NCBI GenBank assembly: GCA_043228905.1
Contig: JBHGNT010000007.1
Coordinates: 2,294,001 to 2,358,000, forward strand
Direction: 5' to 3'
Length of the DNA: 64,000 bases
Source of the DNA: Azolla caroliniana
Taxonomy: Eukaryota; Plantae; Polypodiophyta
In this document: positions 40,492 to 53,989 of the stretch, in pieces
Layout of the letters: each line of letters opens with the position of its first letter
Position numbering within the stretch: position 1 is the first letter of the stretch
Made by a program: the position numbers and the translations under genes
Notes under the pieces: generated by a model
Told to the model about the DNA's origin: nothing
The model's database searches: none
What the model saw: only the letters and a program-made list of their open reading frames with translations

Positions 40492-41676
40492 TAGGGATCG
40501 GCAATTGCTCGGCTCAAGCCTAAACCGTTTAGCTAAAACGGTTTTAAACGCTTTAGCGGCTCGGCTTGGTTTAGGCTTGAGCCTACCTAAACGGTTTGAG
40601 CTCGGCTCCGCTGGGCTTCAGCCTTGCCAAACCGGTTAAGCCGTTTAATCCATTTATATGATTTAAGAATTAGGGTTTAGAAATTTAGAAAGTTAGAAGT
40701 TAGCATAGTTGTTAAAAAACGCGTATTTTACGTTTTAGAATACTTTGAAGTATTCTACGCTTTAGAATTGCCATTTTTTAAAATTTGACGTATTCTACGT
40801 ATTTAACAAGTATTTATCATTTCAAAAAATATTTTCGTTTTTTTGAAAAAAAAACTTTAAAATTTAAGAAGTATTTAACGTATTCTACACGTATTCTAAG
40901 TATTCTACATGTATTCTAAACGTATTCTAAGTATTATACATGTATTCTAAATGTATTCTAAGTATTCTAAACGTATTCTAAGTATTATACATGTATTCTG
41001 AGTATTCTACACGTATTCTAAGTATTTAACGTATTTAACGCACTTTATCTATAAAATACATATTCTAAGTATTTTAAAAAAAGAAGTTAGAATACTTGTA
41101 GAATACTTAGAATATGTATTGTAGCGTATTTTATGCTAAGTATTTTACAACAATGGAAGTTAGAACTTAGAACTTGAAAGTTGACAAAGAGACTGACAGG
41201 AAGCCATAGGCAACATACTGTTGAGTGACGAGAGAGGGAGAGAGAGCTTGCATAGTGGACAATCAGGGGACCTCCTTGTTGTTCAGTGCTATATTCAGTG
41301 CTATATACATTCTTTGGAGAAGGATTGGATCACCGAGAGTGATAAGTCGCCATAGCCTCGGGCCTCGTGGTTCGGGTGGTGGGAGGCAGGGGATTCATGG
41401 ATGTTAGCCAACCAATCATAACTACAGTCTACAAAGAGGGAGTTGTGGAGGTGGGACTTGGAGTTGAGTTTGACTCATTAGTGGGAAGGCCGAGGGGGGT
41501 GGGAGTTATGAGGAGGAGAAGAAGTACTAGTGGTAGTGGTGTTTTTTGGGTATCTTCAACTTTTTTGTCCCAAATCACTTCACAAACCGGTTCCTAAACC
41601 GGATTAGGGATTGGTTCAAGTTTGAGAACCCCAAAACCCTTTAGGCTTAACCAAACCAAACCGTTGCCGATTCCTA
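40492..41676. mobile_element. Non-autonomous hAT-like element, 1185 bp including a nested insertion
   Basis: TIRs TAGGGATCGGCAA / TTGCCGATTCCTA. 8-bp TSD CAAGTAAC (40484-40491) versus CAAGTACC (41677-41684), a 7/8 match. Clustered AAACCG/CTCGG subterminal motifs. Confidence 0.85.
40704..41155. mobile_element. Nested hAT-like MITE, 452 bp, with internal GTATTCTA repeats
   Basis: Ends CATAGTTGTTAAAA / TTTTACAACAATG. Perfect 8-bp TSD GAAGTTAG at 40696-40703 and 41156-41163. Many gtattcta/tagaatac subterminal repeats. Confidence 0.85.
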
Positions 41677-43802
41677 CAAGTACCTAATAACACACACTCT
41701 ATGGTCATTCATGGTTGAATGGGTGTACCTCTCTGCCTCTAACACACGTGACTCTCTAAAACCCCCTAAGTCATGCTTTGCCTCGGCTCTACCTTCTTGT
41801 AATGTTTGCTTATCCTGGTAGTGGTCATGCCAATCAATCCACTTGACTTCTTCATATAAGTTTAATGATGACCAAACATACAAACAACATGGAAAATCAT
41901 CATTCGCTTGTATCGTTTGAGCCAAATCGCATCCAACCAGCCCTGAATCTTCTAGTACATAACATTATCTTTCATTCTACTTGATATCCAAGTCAAAATT
42001 GGGAAAATGTGAGGCATCACCACCATATATGATAACCTATGTGGTGAGAAACATTACCTAATTTCAATCTCTCGCCTTGCAATCTAAAAATCAAACAAAT
42101 GTCTTTAGTGTATCATTTAAGCAAAGTTGTCTAAATGCTTTCCCCACATTTTACCAAGTTATGAATCTTATCGAGAATCGAGTTATTAGAAGTGACATAG
42201 ATGGAATGATTCTTCCACCCACAAATTAGAAACCAAATTTGAGAGCACATGCCTTGTTGGATTCTCAAATAATACCTCTCTAACACTTGGTAACACTTCT
42301 CTATGACATTCAAGAATGGGGTGATTGCATTATGAAGTCTGAGTTGAAAATGTCCAAAAGCACTTGTGAATTTTCACTCGTCAAATAGTAATGCAATATG
42401 TGCTTCTACATCCTGAGAGTAGATCACATTCCATTTAGATCATAGGAATGGATAGTGTGATTTGATTACGTGCATAAGGTCAAAAAAACCCCTGAGATCA
42501 ACTTCCTAAGATGGCATGGGAATCCCACCAAAAGACACACAAAAGCCAAATGCTGAGATATAAAGAAATATATAATGGGATGGATGGAATATGTTTAAAC
42601 AAATAGTTATTACAAATGTAAGACGAGTTTAATATTGAATGAGCGAGATGAGCAATAGATAATAGAATGCGAGAAAGACAAAAAGGAGAAGCAAGAACAA
42701 CGAAGAGGAATATGAGACTAGATAGAATCCAATGTACCCAATAACTTCTTGAGGGGTCGTGAACACCCTGCCCTTTACATACATGATACAACCATGTATG
42801 CAAAAGGTAGGCCATGAATGTGTACCACCTTGCACCTCTCCCTATGCAAGGCATGCCACCTACAAGTCTTTGCATTCACTTCACCTTGTGACCACTCCTT
42901 TAACATTAAACTTCTGACTAACCATACAATATGCAAACAAATACAAACTATTATATTTTCATATGTAGCACATGTTGGTCATGACAATAGTTTGGAAAAT
43001 GAGATGCATCATGTTTGCTTCATGAAACATCAATATATTCCTCCACGAATAGGCTTTTTGGGAATGTCAATGTATGACAACTTGGGAAGGTATGGAAACT
43101 CAAGTTTCAGACATAATTCAATAAAATTCTCGAACATCTAGAGTCATTTCTCAACTGCACACCAAGTAAAAACCTATATACCACATTTGACCTCTCTTTT
43201 ATTCCTTTGCTCATCATCCCTCTACTTCCCTTGTTCAAACATAATCCTCACATTAAATTCACATTTCCTTGCTCTCCTTCAAACATAATCCTCCTATCTA
43301 ACATTAATGCCACACCAAACTGCTTATGGTTCAATTAGTTTTTAGATGTTGAAGGCATTACAAAACATTCCATAAATTAACTTAAACATGTTGGAATATG
43401 TCCTAAATCTACAAAGATGACCAAGAACTGGTATTGGGTGTTGCAACGTACATAAAAGAATATATATGCAAGAAGTTATATATGAGGGCTGAAGAGCGTG
43501 ATCAAACAGTTTTAAGCAAATGCATGGGGGCATTAACTCTACAAAGACAAACGATTGAAAATATAGCCGTTCCAGCTATTTACCTCATATTATTCGTAGT
43601 CTGTGGATAGGAAAACCCAGACGAGTGTTATTATAATAAAACTCATCCTTCTCTAAGATTTGAACGTGAAGTCTCAATATTATTCACTGGATTATATATA
43701 TGCTACAACAAAATTACATCCCACTTGGCTGACAATATTTTAAAATTTAATGATTTCCACTCTCCCATGAAACATCAATTGAACTTTTCAAGAAGATTGA
43801 CA

Positions 43803-46800
43803 TCAGTTGATCTTCCGAAATGTCTCATGGAAATGTCGCCATTCAAGCCCGTTGGGTGTACCCTCCTGTTGAAAAATGATGGAAGGTTATCGTATAAAAG
43901 AACTAGAAAGGATTCCTATATGTGGAATATATATAGGATTGAGAAAACCTATGGAAAATACAGACAATCATGTACTGTTATTTAGTTAAGGTATCGCAGC
44001 TACATACCTTGCCACTCATAATGGCACTTGCAAAGTAGCCTTTTTTGTCTCCTCCTATGGCACAATAATATCTCTATTAGTTTGTAGTGCTAGGTTTTAG
44101 ACCTCCAACTTAATTTTTCTTGTGTTTCTCTAGTATCATCGCTCACCATGATATTATTACAATGGTAGCTTTTCTCCAAGTTATTGAATCAAATAAAATT
44201 GTGGTGGTGTTACCTGCTTTTCTCTCCCAAGGTTGCCAAGTCACAAGATAGACACCATCTGCAAGTTTTTTATGCTTTATGACATCAAACCAAAACTGGA
44301 CGTTTGAATCTGGCATGGACCCATACTTTTCCCTTAATCCATGTATTGATTCAACTAAACTCAACTCTACACCCCAAGGATATACTACTTTTGCATCATC
44401 ACCCTGTAGAAAACATGAAGTTCTTCGTAAGACCTACTGCATAAAATGTCAAGTAGCACAACACGCAGATACTCGCACATTTATAACAATTAGAACAATA
44501 ATTCATTATATACTCTGCAAGGGATCAATTTCGAGTTTTGGTAACGTTGTCTGGCAGAGAGAAAAAGATCATTAGTTCAACACCTACATCCAGCGAGTAA
44601 GAAAGCTTGGCTTACCACAAGGGTGCAGCCCTAACACAGATAAGAAGACGATTTGGGTCCTGCCCAGCATTCACTTTTGGCATCTTGCAAAGAAAATAAA
44701 GATGGTACTCTTAAAGAATTATTGCACAGATATCAGCACACTTACAATAACTCCCTTAAGCCGTTGAAAAGATTCTTCTGTATTTGGAACTTGCCCTCGC
44801 AGCCATTTCACCATGAATGCATTGAACTCAACCACTTCCTTATAGAGCGGACCAGCAGATGGTCCACAATGCATTTTGTTGGAAAGAATTGGTACATAGT
44901 TCTCATCGATTCTATCGAATGGAGACAAATGTGGACCAAACCCAAAATGCTTTAAACCTTCAATAATGGCTCCACTACATCTCTGACTAGCATGAATAAA
45001 ATTGACTGTTTGATGGGATTCATACCAATCGAGAAGCTCGGCCTGTGCATTGGATACCTAAACTCTCAAAACATTATATACTGAAAATATGTTAGAATAA
45101 AGTAAAATACTCTCTGATCATGATGGTAGAAAAACATTACCTAAACATGCCAAGATCAAGAGGGTTCTGTGTGCTTACAATGACACCATAAACATCATCA
45201 ACATGGAAGAGGTCGATGTCGTTACCGGAATCACCACAAACAAGAACTCTTCTGTTTACATCACAATTAGAGCCTAACTTTCGTAGGACATATGCCAGAG
45301 CTTGGCCTTTTCCCGCCTTATAAGGGAGCACATCCAAGTCTATTCCACTACTATAGAGAAGTCTAACTTTGAGCTGTGCATCATTGAACCATTCATAATA
45401 TGAAGTTGTTAAAGAGGAAACATAATTTTTTGTGGGTAGTTTATCAGAATGTAAACATTGTGGGTGTTAATATATACCCCTCTCTGCGCAAGGTTCGACG
45501 ATAGTTTCTCACAGATTTCTGGCTGGTCATCCTTATCCACTTTAAAACTCACTTTATGAGGTCCTTGATCTGCCTCTTCCTGCTCTCAGAACAAGGAAGT
45601 CTGAATTATGTTACCAATGCTTAAAAGACATGGTTGCAAATTCAGATGAAATGTTACAACAGCATTGTTGGAGTTTACTATGATCCTGTTTACCAGCCTA
45701 TAGTTCATCTAGTGGCCTAAATATAGTCAATGAAGGGGAGTGCCTAGAGACGCTAGGGAGACTATTTTCTTGCACATGTTCTGCTATAAAGATCTCTGCT
45801 TGAACCTTGTTGGTTTTTAAAGCTATATGAAAAATTTTATAGAAGAAAAATCATTTCATTATGCACGGATTCACAACAGAAATCTACATATTACATATAC
45901 ATTCATATTGTAAAATTTTGAATCAGATATGTTTAAAAGGTTTTCATTATTTATAATTTAACTCCCATTTTCAGCAAATGTTGACAGGTTTGGGGGTAAT
46001 TATTTCACCAAGGATGATTACTACACATAAGTGCAAGAACTATCCTAACTTTAGCACATACTTGAAATCTAAAGCCTGGAATTTTCAAAGCATCCTCCAA
46101 AACCATATAAATGTCATATAAGAAAACTAATACAACAAACCAATTTTGCAAGATATTTTCACCAAGTGACAATTTGCTTTTGAGTTGGGCTAATGATGAT
46201 TAATGAGGTTTTAATTACTTCACTAACAATGATTACACCAGAAGTAAAGTTACTACTTCCAGCTTTGATTGCATACTTGAAACTGAAGGTGTGGGATTTT
46301 GCGAGCTTCCTCCACGACAATATCTCGATCCCAACCATCCTCCATCTCCTTTACCCATTCCTTGTCGACCTCCAGTGAAGAGCCCCACCTGATTTCGGTG
46401 CCCACAGATAAGATAAGCACTTCGGGAGTCAAGAGAGGGGCATCCTTCAAGAGTTCCGAGTATCTCTCCATGGTTCTACCCGTGGAGTACACCAAACTCG
46501 AGTTATGAGCATACTCTGCTGCCCACAAAGAGTTGAAATTGAGTAGTGCAGAATGAGAGGGGTCACCATTGTCCACCTTTCGAAAAGTTCAAGCTTCAGA
46601 TTGATCAGATTTAGGAAAGAAGCAATCCAGGAACATAGACCAAATCAGCAAGGAATGCATTATTACCAAGGTGCAGTCAAGATCGGAGACCAGCATGAAC
46701 TTCCCACTATGGGAATCAGAGAAGGAGGAATCATGCCTTGGACTCTCATGATGTGATGGCTGGTTGAGATCACCGCTCGCTAACGATGCAGACATGCTTG

Positions 46801-46960
46801 TGACTGGTGGGCGATGAAGAGAAGGCCTGGACTTTGGGAATCCCTGTGCTTGAGGTGAATGATGCAGAGGATTTAACAGTGTGCAGCAATGGAAGAGCCT
46901 GTGAGAAGAGGAAGATGGGTGCTGTTGGGAAGAGCAGAGGAAGGGCTGGAGATGAATCAT
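43803..46960 (-). CDS. SPP: Sucrose-phosphate phosphatase (HAD family) with S6PP C-terminal domain, 8 exons
   Basis: Exons 46960-46667, 46576-46277, 45579-45478, 45373-45179, 45057-44746, 44403-44214, 44054-44008, 43865-43803. Motifs [66 protein letters not shown] and [10 protein letters not shown]. Confidence 0.92.
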
Positions 46961-47155
46961 AATTCTGAAACCAAGAAGAAAAGGGGGGTTCTCTCTCTCT
47001 CAGTGTAAGCAGAGCAGGGGACAGAGAGAATATGTTTGGGGAATTTATGGAACTAGGCCTCTAGTTCTACATATTTACAAAGAAGTAGCTTCAGATAGGC
47101 ATCTCAAATCACACATAATCACATACTTCTCTCTTCCTCTTTCCATATTAGGGCA

Positions 47156-47217
<62 letters not shown>

Positions 47218-49021
47218 TTAGTTGAGTAACTAACTTCCAATTCTCTTGTTGTCTTTCTAATGACACCACCTTTTTCTCACTTCTCGCCATGCCGACAATC
47301 CTATTCGCTCATGTCGCAATCTCGCTCATTGATCTGCACCCATGCATGGCAATGCTGCATTCTCCTCTTCTCTAGCAGATGCTACTGCTCCCAAGGGGAG
47401 GGGCTCTGTGTGAAGTAGATTCATTACGCGTGCATGTAAACATTCGTTCAATCGCTTCAGAACAAAAATGGGTAATCTCTAGCACGCCCTCGGCATGAAA
47501 ACACATTCTTGTGTGTGGTCTGCCACGTACTTACGCATAGATGATATGTTTAAAACTTGTCTTCGACGAACCTAATAACGAATCAATGAACGAGAGTGTT
47601 TGTGGCTTGGAGGTGTTATGGACGGTCAAAAAGGATTTTGAGCTCCCTTGTCGAATTGCATTTATGTTATTCTACAATCACAATGGTTGAGACACAATTC
47701 AATGTATAGTCCCAAATGTCGTCTATATTTGGAGTTTCACCCAAACGTCAATTGCTTGGTCTGAGTGAGTGCTATACTCATCAAGAGGATCACACTTAGC
47801 ATACCTCAACATGTGAAGAAAAATACAGATTTGGGCTAAGCAATGTCACTCATTTAAAATGTATAGGCTCCTTGGCACATTGGAGGGAATTACTAAAGCC
47901 TATAAAATATGAAGGGAATTACTAAAGCCTATAAAATAACATAGCAAAGGCATGAATCATTGATGTGGGGGTACAAATATAAACTAAAGGTAAGAAGCAA
48001 GCAAAGCAAATGCCTACTAGGATGTTGCATTTCGCAATCAATCGCTAGGATGCATATTCTACAGCATACCCAAGCAAGCTAGATGTTAATTTGTCCAACA
48101 CAATCATGCCCATTTAGACACTCTACACCGATGTTAGAAACCAACTAACTATGACTAGCTAGCTACTTACACAACAAACAATGTAAGCAAGGTCACAAGC
48201 CAAAAGGAAACAACATACTACTCCATTACTGTCACGATTTTCGTAAAGCAATTCTACATGAGCGAATGTTTCCTGTCCTTGGTGAGGATAATGAATTCAT
48301 GCTCAATTGATTTAAAATGTTTTGGATGGCCTCACAAGATTTTGGCTACCACCAACATTGTGAACAAGTAAAGCTTCAACAAGAGTCATAATCAACACAT
48401 TCCTAGGATACTAGATATAATAGCTTCAAAAAAAAACACAAATTCAAAAAAACACCTCATAATTTAAGACATCTAAAAAATGACGACCAATGCATTATCA
48501 GCAATCGCAAGCTAATCAATAATAATGGGGTCAAAAAAGAACTCTCATCATTACAATGGGGTTTAAACCCATCAATCAAAAACAATTCTTCTAGTGACAT
48601 ACAAAAACATCATGTAGGCAGATGGATCTCAGTATTTACAATCACTCAAGTCTCAACCTCGCACCCATGACTTTACTAGATAAGACATTGACAATACAAT
48701 ATCGATTAGTCTTTAACCTCCATTATCGCAAACCCAAAAAACCATTGACCCCCTATTTTCAACACCTTGACTTTGCCAAGTGACCAGAAGACCTTATTTT
48801 TTATTGCACACCAACAAGCTTAAGTTGGGGGGCAGATGAAAAGCTTATCGTCGAGTTCTGCTTCCTTGGGTTTGGCTCTTAATACTCAACTAAAAGTGTC
48901 GGGGATTGGGGCTCACAAGATGGTACTAGTTGGGCATGCCTAGACTTTTGATCAAAAGATCGTGTGACTTGTAGCGACAACTGACCTTAGTCACAAGAAC
49001 CATTAACCGTAGTAGCCATTT

Positions 49022-52000
49022 TTACCTTTCGTCAACACATCTAAGGTCCTTAAGCACGTCGCGAAGAGAGGGTCTTCTGTCAGGTTGCTCATCCACACAT
49101 TTCATAGCAATCGTGAGCAAAACCATGGCTGACTGGAGGGAGCTCGGGTCCTTGGAGATGGATGGGCGTATCCTGGTGTCGAGCATGGCCACCCGTCCGC
49201 CTTCAGTGTGAACTTGTCCGCGCGCCCATTTCACGATGTCCACACACTCCCCATACTCAGACCCAATGGGTTTCCTACCGGTCAGAAGCTCTAGAAGCAC
49301 CACTCCATAGCTATACACATCACTCTTCTCATTCACTTTCAGTGTATAGGCATACTCTGCAGAACAAACAAATAGGGCAGAAAGATGAATATATATCTAT
49401 ATATAGATAGATAGATATGTGTATATATATATGTACATAGATAGATATACATACATATGAGATAAGACCATGATTATTGAACCTTAAACCTTGCCATTGA
49501 TCAACGTAGATTGAGATAAGACTATAGTTTTCTGAGCCTTAAACCCTAGCAATGATCAATGTACATTGAGATAAGAACGTTTAGAATAAAGAGATAAGAC
49601 CAAAGAAGCCATGACTACTGAACCCTAAACCCTACAAGATTAGGTGAATGGAGCCATCTCTAGAGAAGTTCTAAGACCTTAAACCCTAACACTATATTGA
49701 CAATCGATAAAGCAATCGGTGTATATGTAGTGAAGTGAACCCGTGAACCCTAAAAAAAGAAGGGCAATATATGAAGCTAAAGTTAAACATGTCCATGTCT
49801 ACCCTAAAAAGGAGCAGTACATTGAGATAAGGTAAAGCAAGCCATGGCTAGTGACAACCCTAAACACTAAAGAGAAATATATCGAGATTATCTCCAGCAA
49901 TCCAAATCTGGTGAGCTTCATCCCGAAACCCGTAAATAGCAAATAGATTGAGACCATGTTATCCACAAGCCATTAACATTTGCTCTTAAATTCGAACCCT
50001 AAATCATAGATATTTATTCTAAACCCTAAATCTAAAAGCGGCAAGATATGGACTAAATCGTATGGAACAAACACTAGATAGTGAGTTCATGAACCCTAAA
50101 TTTATAAAACAGGAAGATGTGGACAAGATCATATGAAACAAGCACTGCATAGTGAGTTCATAAACCCTAAACCTAGAAAAGAGCAATAAATTTATGAGAT
50201 CATATCCAGCGACCAATGGCCAGTAAGCCTGAGAGACTTAGTCCCTAAACCTAAAATAGAACAAGAAATTGATGATGATTATGCCAAGGAAACAATTGCT
50301 AAATAAGTCTATAACCATAAACCCTGAATCCTAAACCCTAAATAATCTTATTAAACAACCTTAACCCTAGTTTGTAAACCTTTACCTGGCGCTAGATAGC
50401 CATATGAACCGGCAATCACAGACATGGAATCATCTGCTCCAAGCATAGGCTTAGCCAATCCGAAATCGGCTATCTTTGACTCCCATCTCGAATCAAGCAA
50501 TATATTGTTAGGCTTCACGTCTCTATGTAAGATAGGAGGAAAGCAATCATGATGAAGATAAGCTAAACCCTCAGCTGCACTCAAGGCAATCTTAACCCTA
50601 GCCTGCCATGACTCTAACACCATCTCTTTCATCTTCATCTTCACCTTCCTCTCCATGTCCATGTCCATCTCTGATTTTACAATATGGCATTGCGGATGAT
50701 CAGTTCGACCATGCAATAGCTCTCCCAAGCTCCCATTAGGCATATAATCATACAAGAGCAGGTTTGCATGAGCATTCGAACACCAGCCCAGAAGCTTCAC
50801 AATGTGCCGGTGGCTCACATTGGCTAAGGTCTGGACCTCTGCAGAGAAGCCATGATCATGTAGAAGCCGTTCTCGGGAAGAAATGCTAGCCGATGCGTCT
50901 ATGGTCGAAGCAGCCGGGAGCCGTTTTATGGCTAGTATCCGGCCGCCAGGCATCACTCCTTTGTACACAGTCCCAGTCCCTCCTTGCCCTATTATGTTCT
51001 CATCCTGTATACTGGACAGAACATGGTCGATCTTGAAGTCTAAGGTCTCGAATTTCACTAGCTTCCATCCTGATGAGGCCCGCCTCTTCTTCTTCTTGCA
51101 GCAGCACGAATCGATGCCTGATTGCTTTAGATTAAACCATGTCGAATGCAGAGCTCCTCGGAAAGAGCTCGAGCTCCTGATACCATATAGAAACCCGACA
51201 GACATCAGCATAGATGCTAGCATGAAGACAAGTAGAGGGATTCCGACAACCTTTACATTGGCCATTGCATTCATGCTTAATGCCTGTGAATCACCGAATG
51301 ATGAATTGCCCATTGGCACATTGCCGATACAAGGTCTCGACACCAAATCCCCACACAAGAGGGGGTTCCCACGCAACAAGTTTCCGGTAAACCTAGACCC
51401 ACCTTCCACGGAGGAAGTGATCACACCTGAGAAGTTGTTGAAGGATAGATCGATCACCGATAGTTGTGACATTTCCTGAATCGGGGCTGGGATCTCACCG
51501 CTAAGTGCATTCCCTGAAACATTCAGTACCGAGAGATGTATGCATTGCACGATGGCATCCGGCAGTGCACCCGTGATCAGGTTCCTGCTTAGGTCCACGG
51601 TAGACAAATGTTCAGATAGAAGCCCAATTTGAGCTGGGATCGTTCCATTGATCCTGTTGTTGGATAGATCAAGCTTCTCTAAGCCTCTCATGTTGCCCAG
51701 GGACTGAGGTAATGGGCCGATGAGATGGTTATTCGCGAGATTGATGATGCTCACAACAGACACATTATGTGAGAAATCAGGGAGAGCTAATCCCTGGAGA
51801 TTGTTGGAGGATAGCTCTAATATGTCCAACCTCGGAAAGAAGAAGAATTCGGTAGGAATCGAACCAGAGAGCTCATTGTTGCCAAGGCGGATCCTGGTGA
51901 GCGATTCACAAAACCCTAGAGTGGAAGGAATCTCGCCGGATATTCGATTCTCCAGCAGAAGCAACCATTCCAGATTCTTTCCATGGCAAAGGTGTGGGGG

Positions 52001-53275
52001 TATAGGACCAGATAATGCATTGTAAGAGAGATCAAGCTGCCTTAAGCGGGGATTCACATGCCCGAGTCGTGCCGGAATCTGTCCGGATAGGTTGTTATTG
52101 AATAGCTTGAGCACCTCTAGCTTGGGGAGGTTTCCTATGCAATCCGGGATCGATCCATGGATATGATTGTAAAGTAATCCAAGTAATTCAAGCTCAATAA
52201 GGTCACAAAGCTCGATCGGAATCGTTCCAGACAGATAATTGTTCGATAAATCGAGCGATTTGAGATTGGACATCCGTCCAAGGCTTGGGGGGATCGATCC
52301 GGTAAAACTATTGTTTTGCAGAAACAGAGTGTTGAGCTTAGATAGATAGCCTAATGAAGGAGGGATCATACCAGTCAATCCTGATTCAGAGAGATCCAGA
52401 ACTTCCAGATTGTATATCGATCCGAGTTCCATTGGGATGGACCCATCAAACACATTGTAGTATCCAAGAAACAGAGCCTTGAGACTATGGAGATTTCCTA
52501 ATTCAGGCGGGATATGTCCGGACAAATTGTTTCCTGCCATCATCAAATACTCCAAATTCTCCATATTCCCATACTGTGGATGGATTGGACCCGAGAAGAA
52601 ATTCCCGCCTAAATTTAAATGTCTTAGGTTCAAACACAGAGTTAGCTCTATTGGTAGGCTGCCATCAAAATTGTTGTTAAACGCGTCAAATACCTCTAAG
52701 TTCATCAGATTTGATATGTTTCCTGGCAATGCTCCCATGAAATAATTGTTTGATACGTTGAGGAATTTCAAGCTTTTGAAGCGGGTGACTTGCTGTGGGA
52801 GAATACTTGAGATTTTGTTGTCTGCAATAGAGAAACTTTTCAGGTTAGGAAAAGCAGAGTGATTTGATGATGAAGCTTCCATGGAGTCTTGGAACTGCAG
52901 AGTTCCAGACAGGTTCATGCTTGAAAGGTCAATGGAAGTTATTGAGAGAAAGACTGCATTGCTCTTGTGACTATTGATACTATGGAAGTTGTCATCACTA
53001 TGATGTACTGCGGAGCAAGAAACTCCGGTCCAAGAACAAGGATTAATGGCGGAGCTTTGGTTCATCTGCTCAGTGGACGATGATGACCAATCGTTGAGAC
53101 GGTGGAGATCGTCTCTCAGATATTGCTTCATGGAGAGAAGAGCTAATGCTTCTCGGTGAAGAGATGGAGGTGGTAATGGCGGTGAGGATGATAGTGGAGA
53201 GACAGATGAGGAGAAACAGAGGAATGAGAAAAATAGGGTTAGGGTTAGAGAAGAGGTGGAAGGAGAAGAAGCCAT
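49022..53275 (-). CDS. LRR receptor-like kinase, subfamily XI, CLV1/BAM-like, 2 exons
   Basis: Exons 53275-50386 and 49356-49022. Signal peptide, CSWTGVSC cap, ~20 LRRs including [21 protein letters not shown], a TM segment, and kinase motifs [52 protein letters not shown]|[24 protein letters not shown]. Confidence 0.95.
49480..50372. repeat. Degenerate ~60-bp periodic array with telo-box (AAACCCTA-like) cores inside the RLK intron
   Basis: About 15 aaccct(a)aa-type motifs at ~49480, 49541, 49621, 49681, 49747, 49801, 49856, 49926, 49995, 50021, 50092, 50162, 50243, 50320-50340 and 50363. Confidence 0.75.
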
Positions 53276-53285
53276 GAAAGCTGCA

Positions 53286-53337
<52 letters not shown>

Positions 53338-53989
53338 GAACAGCCAGAAATGAGTGTATCTTCTACATGATGATGCTCTGTTTCTCATGAGAGAGAGAGA
53401 GAGAGAGAGAGCATTTAAGAGAATGGGTAATAATTATGATAGGCTAATTATCTTCATTATGAGGTAATTAAGAGATTAGAAAAGGGTGATTATGATGATG
53501 ATCATGATGAGAGCAGCATTTCCTATCAGTCTAGATCCTTGGGCTTCTTTCAAAGAAATATGTACATAATACATCTGCAGTAAATTCATGGAAGCAAATG
53601 AATAAGGAGAAAGACACAGAGATAATGATACATATATGTATATATATATATTATAGGTTGTGTGTTCAAATCTGAGTGGAGGCACAGAATTCATGGAACC
53701 TTCCTCTATCAATTTCATCTCTCTATATCTTCTAATGTCTGCAGTGTGGGATGTACATATATCTCTACCTCTCTATATCTCTCTCTATCTATCTATCTAT
53801 CTATCTATGGAGTAGGTCCTTCTATCTATGGTTATAACTTATAAGCCTATATCTATGTACCTTGTGCATGTGTACAGTACATAAGTATATGATGTATTTA
53901 TGTACACCACACACACACACACATTCACTTACTCACACACACCAAGATTGATGAAAACATTGACTTCATTTAAAGGCTGCTAGAGGTTG

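Noticed and set aside
50883-52745. Plus-strand ORFs of 88-198 aa
   Set aside because: They are antisense shadows of the LRR-RLK coding exon.
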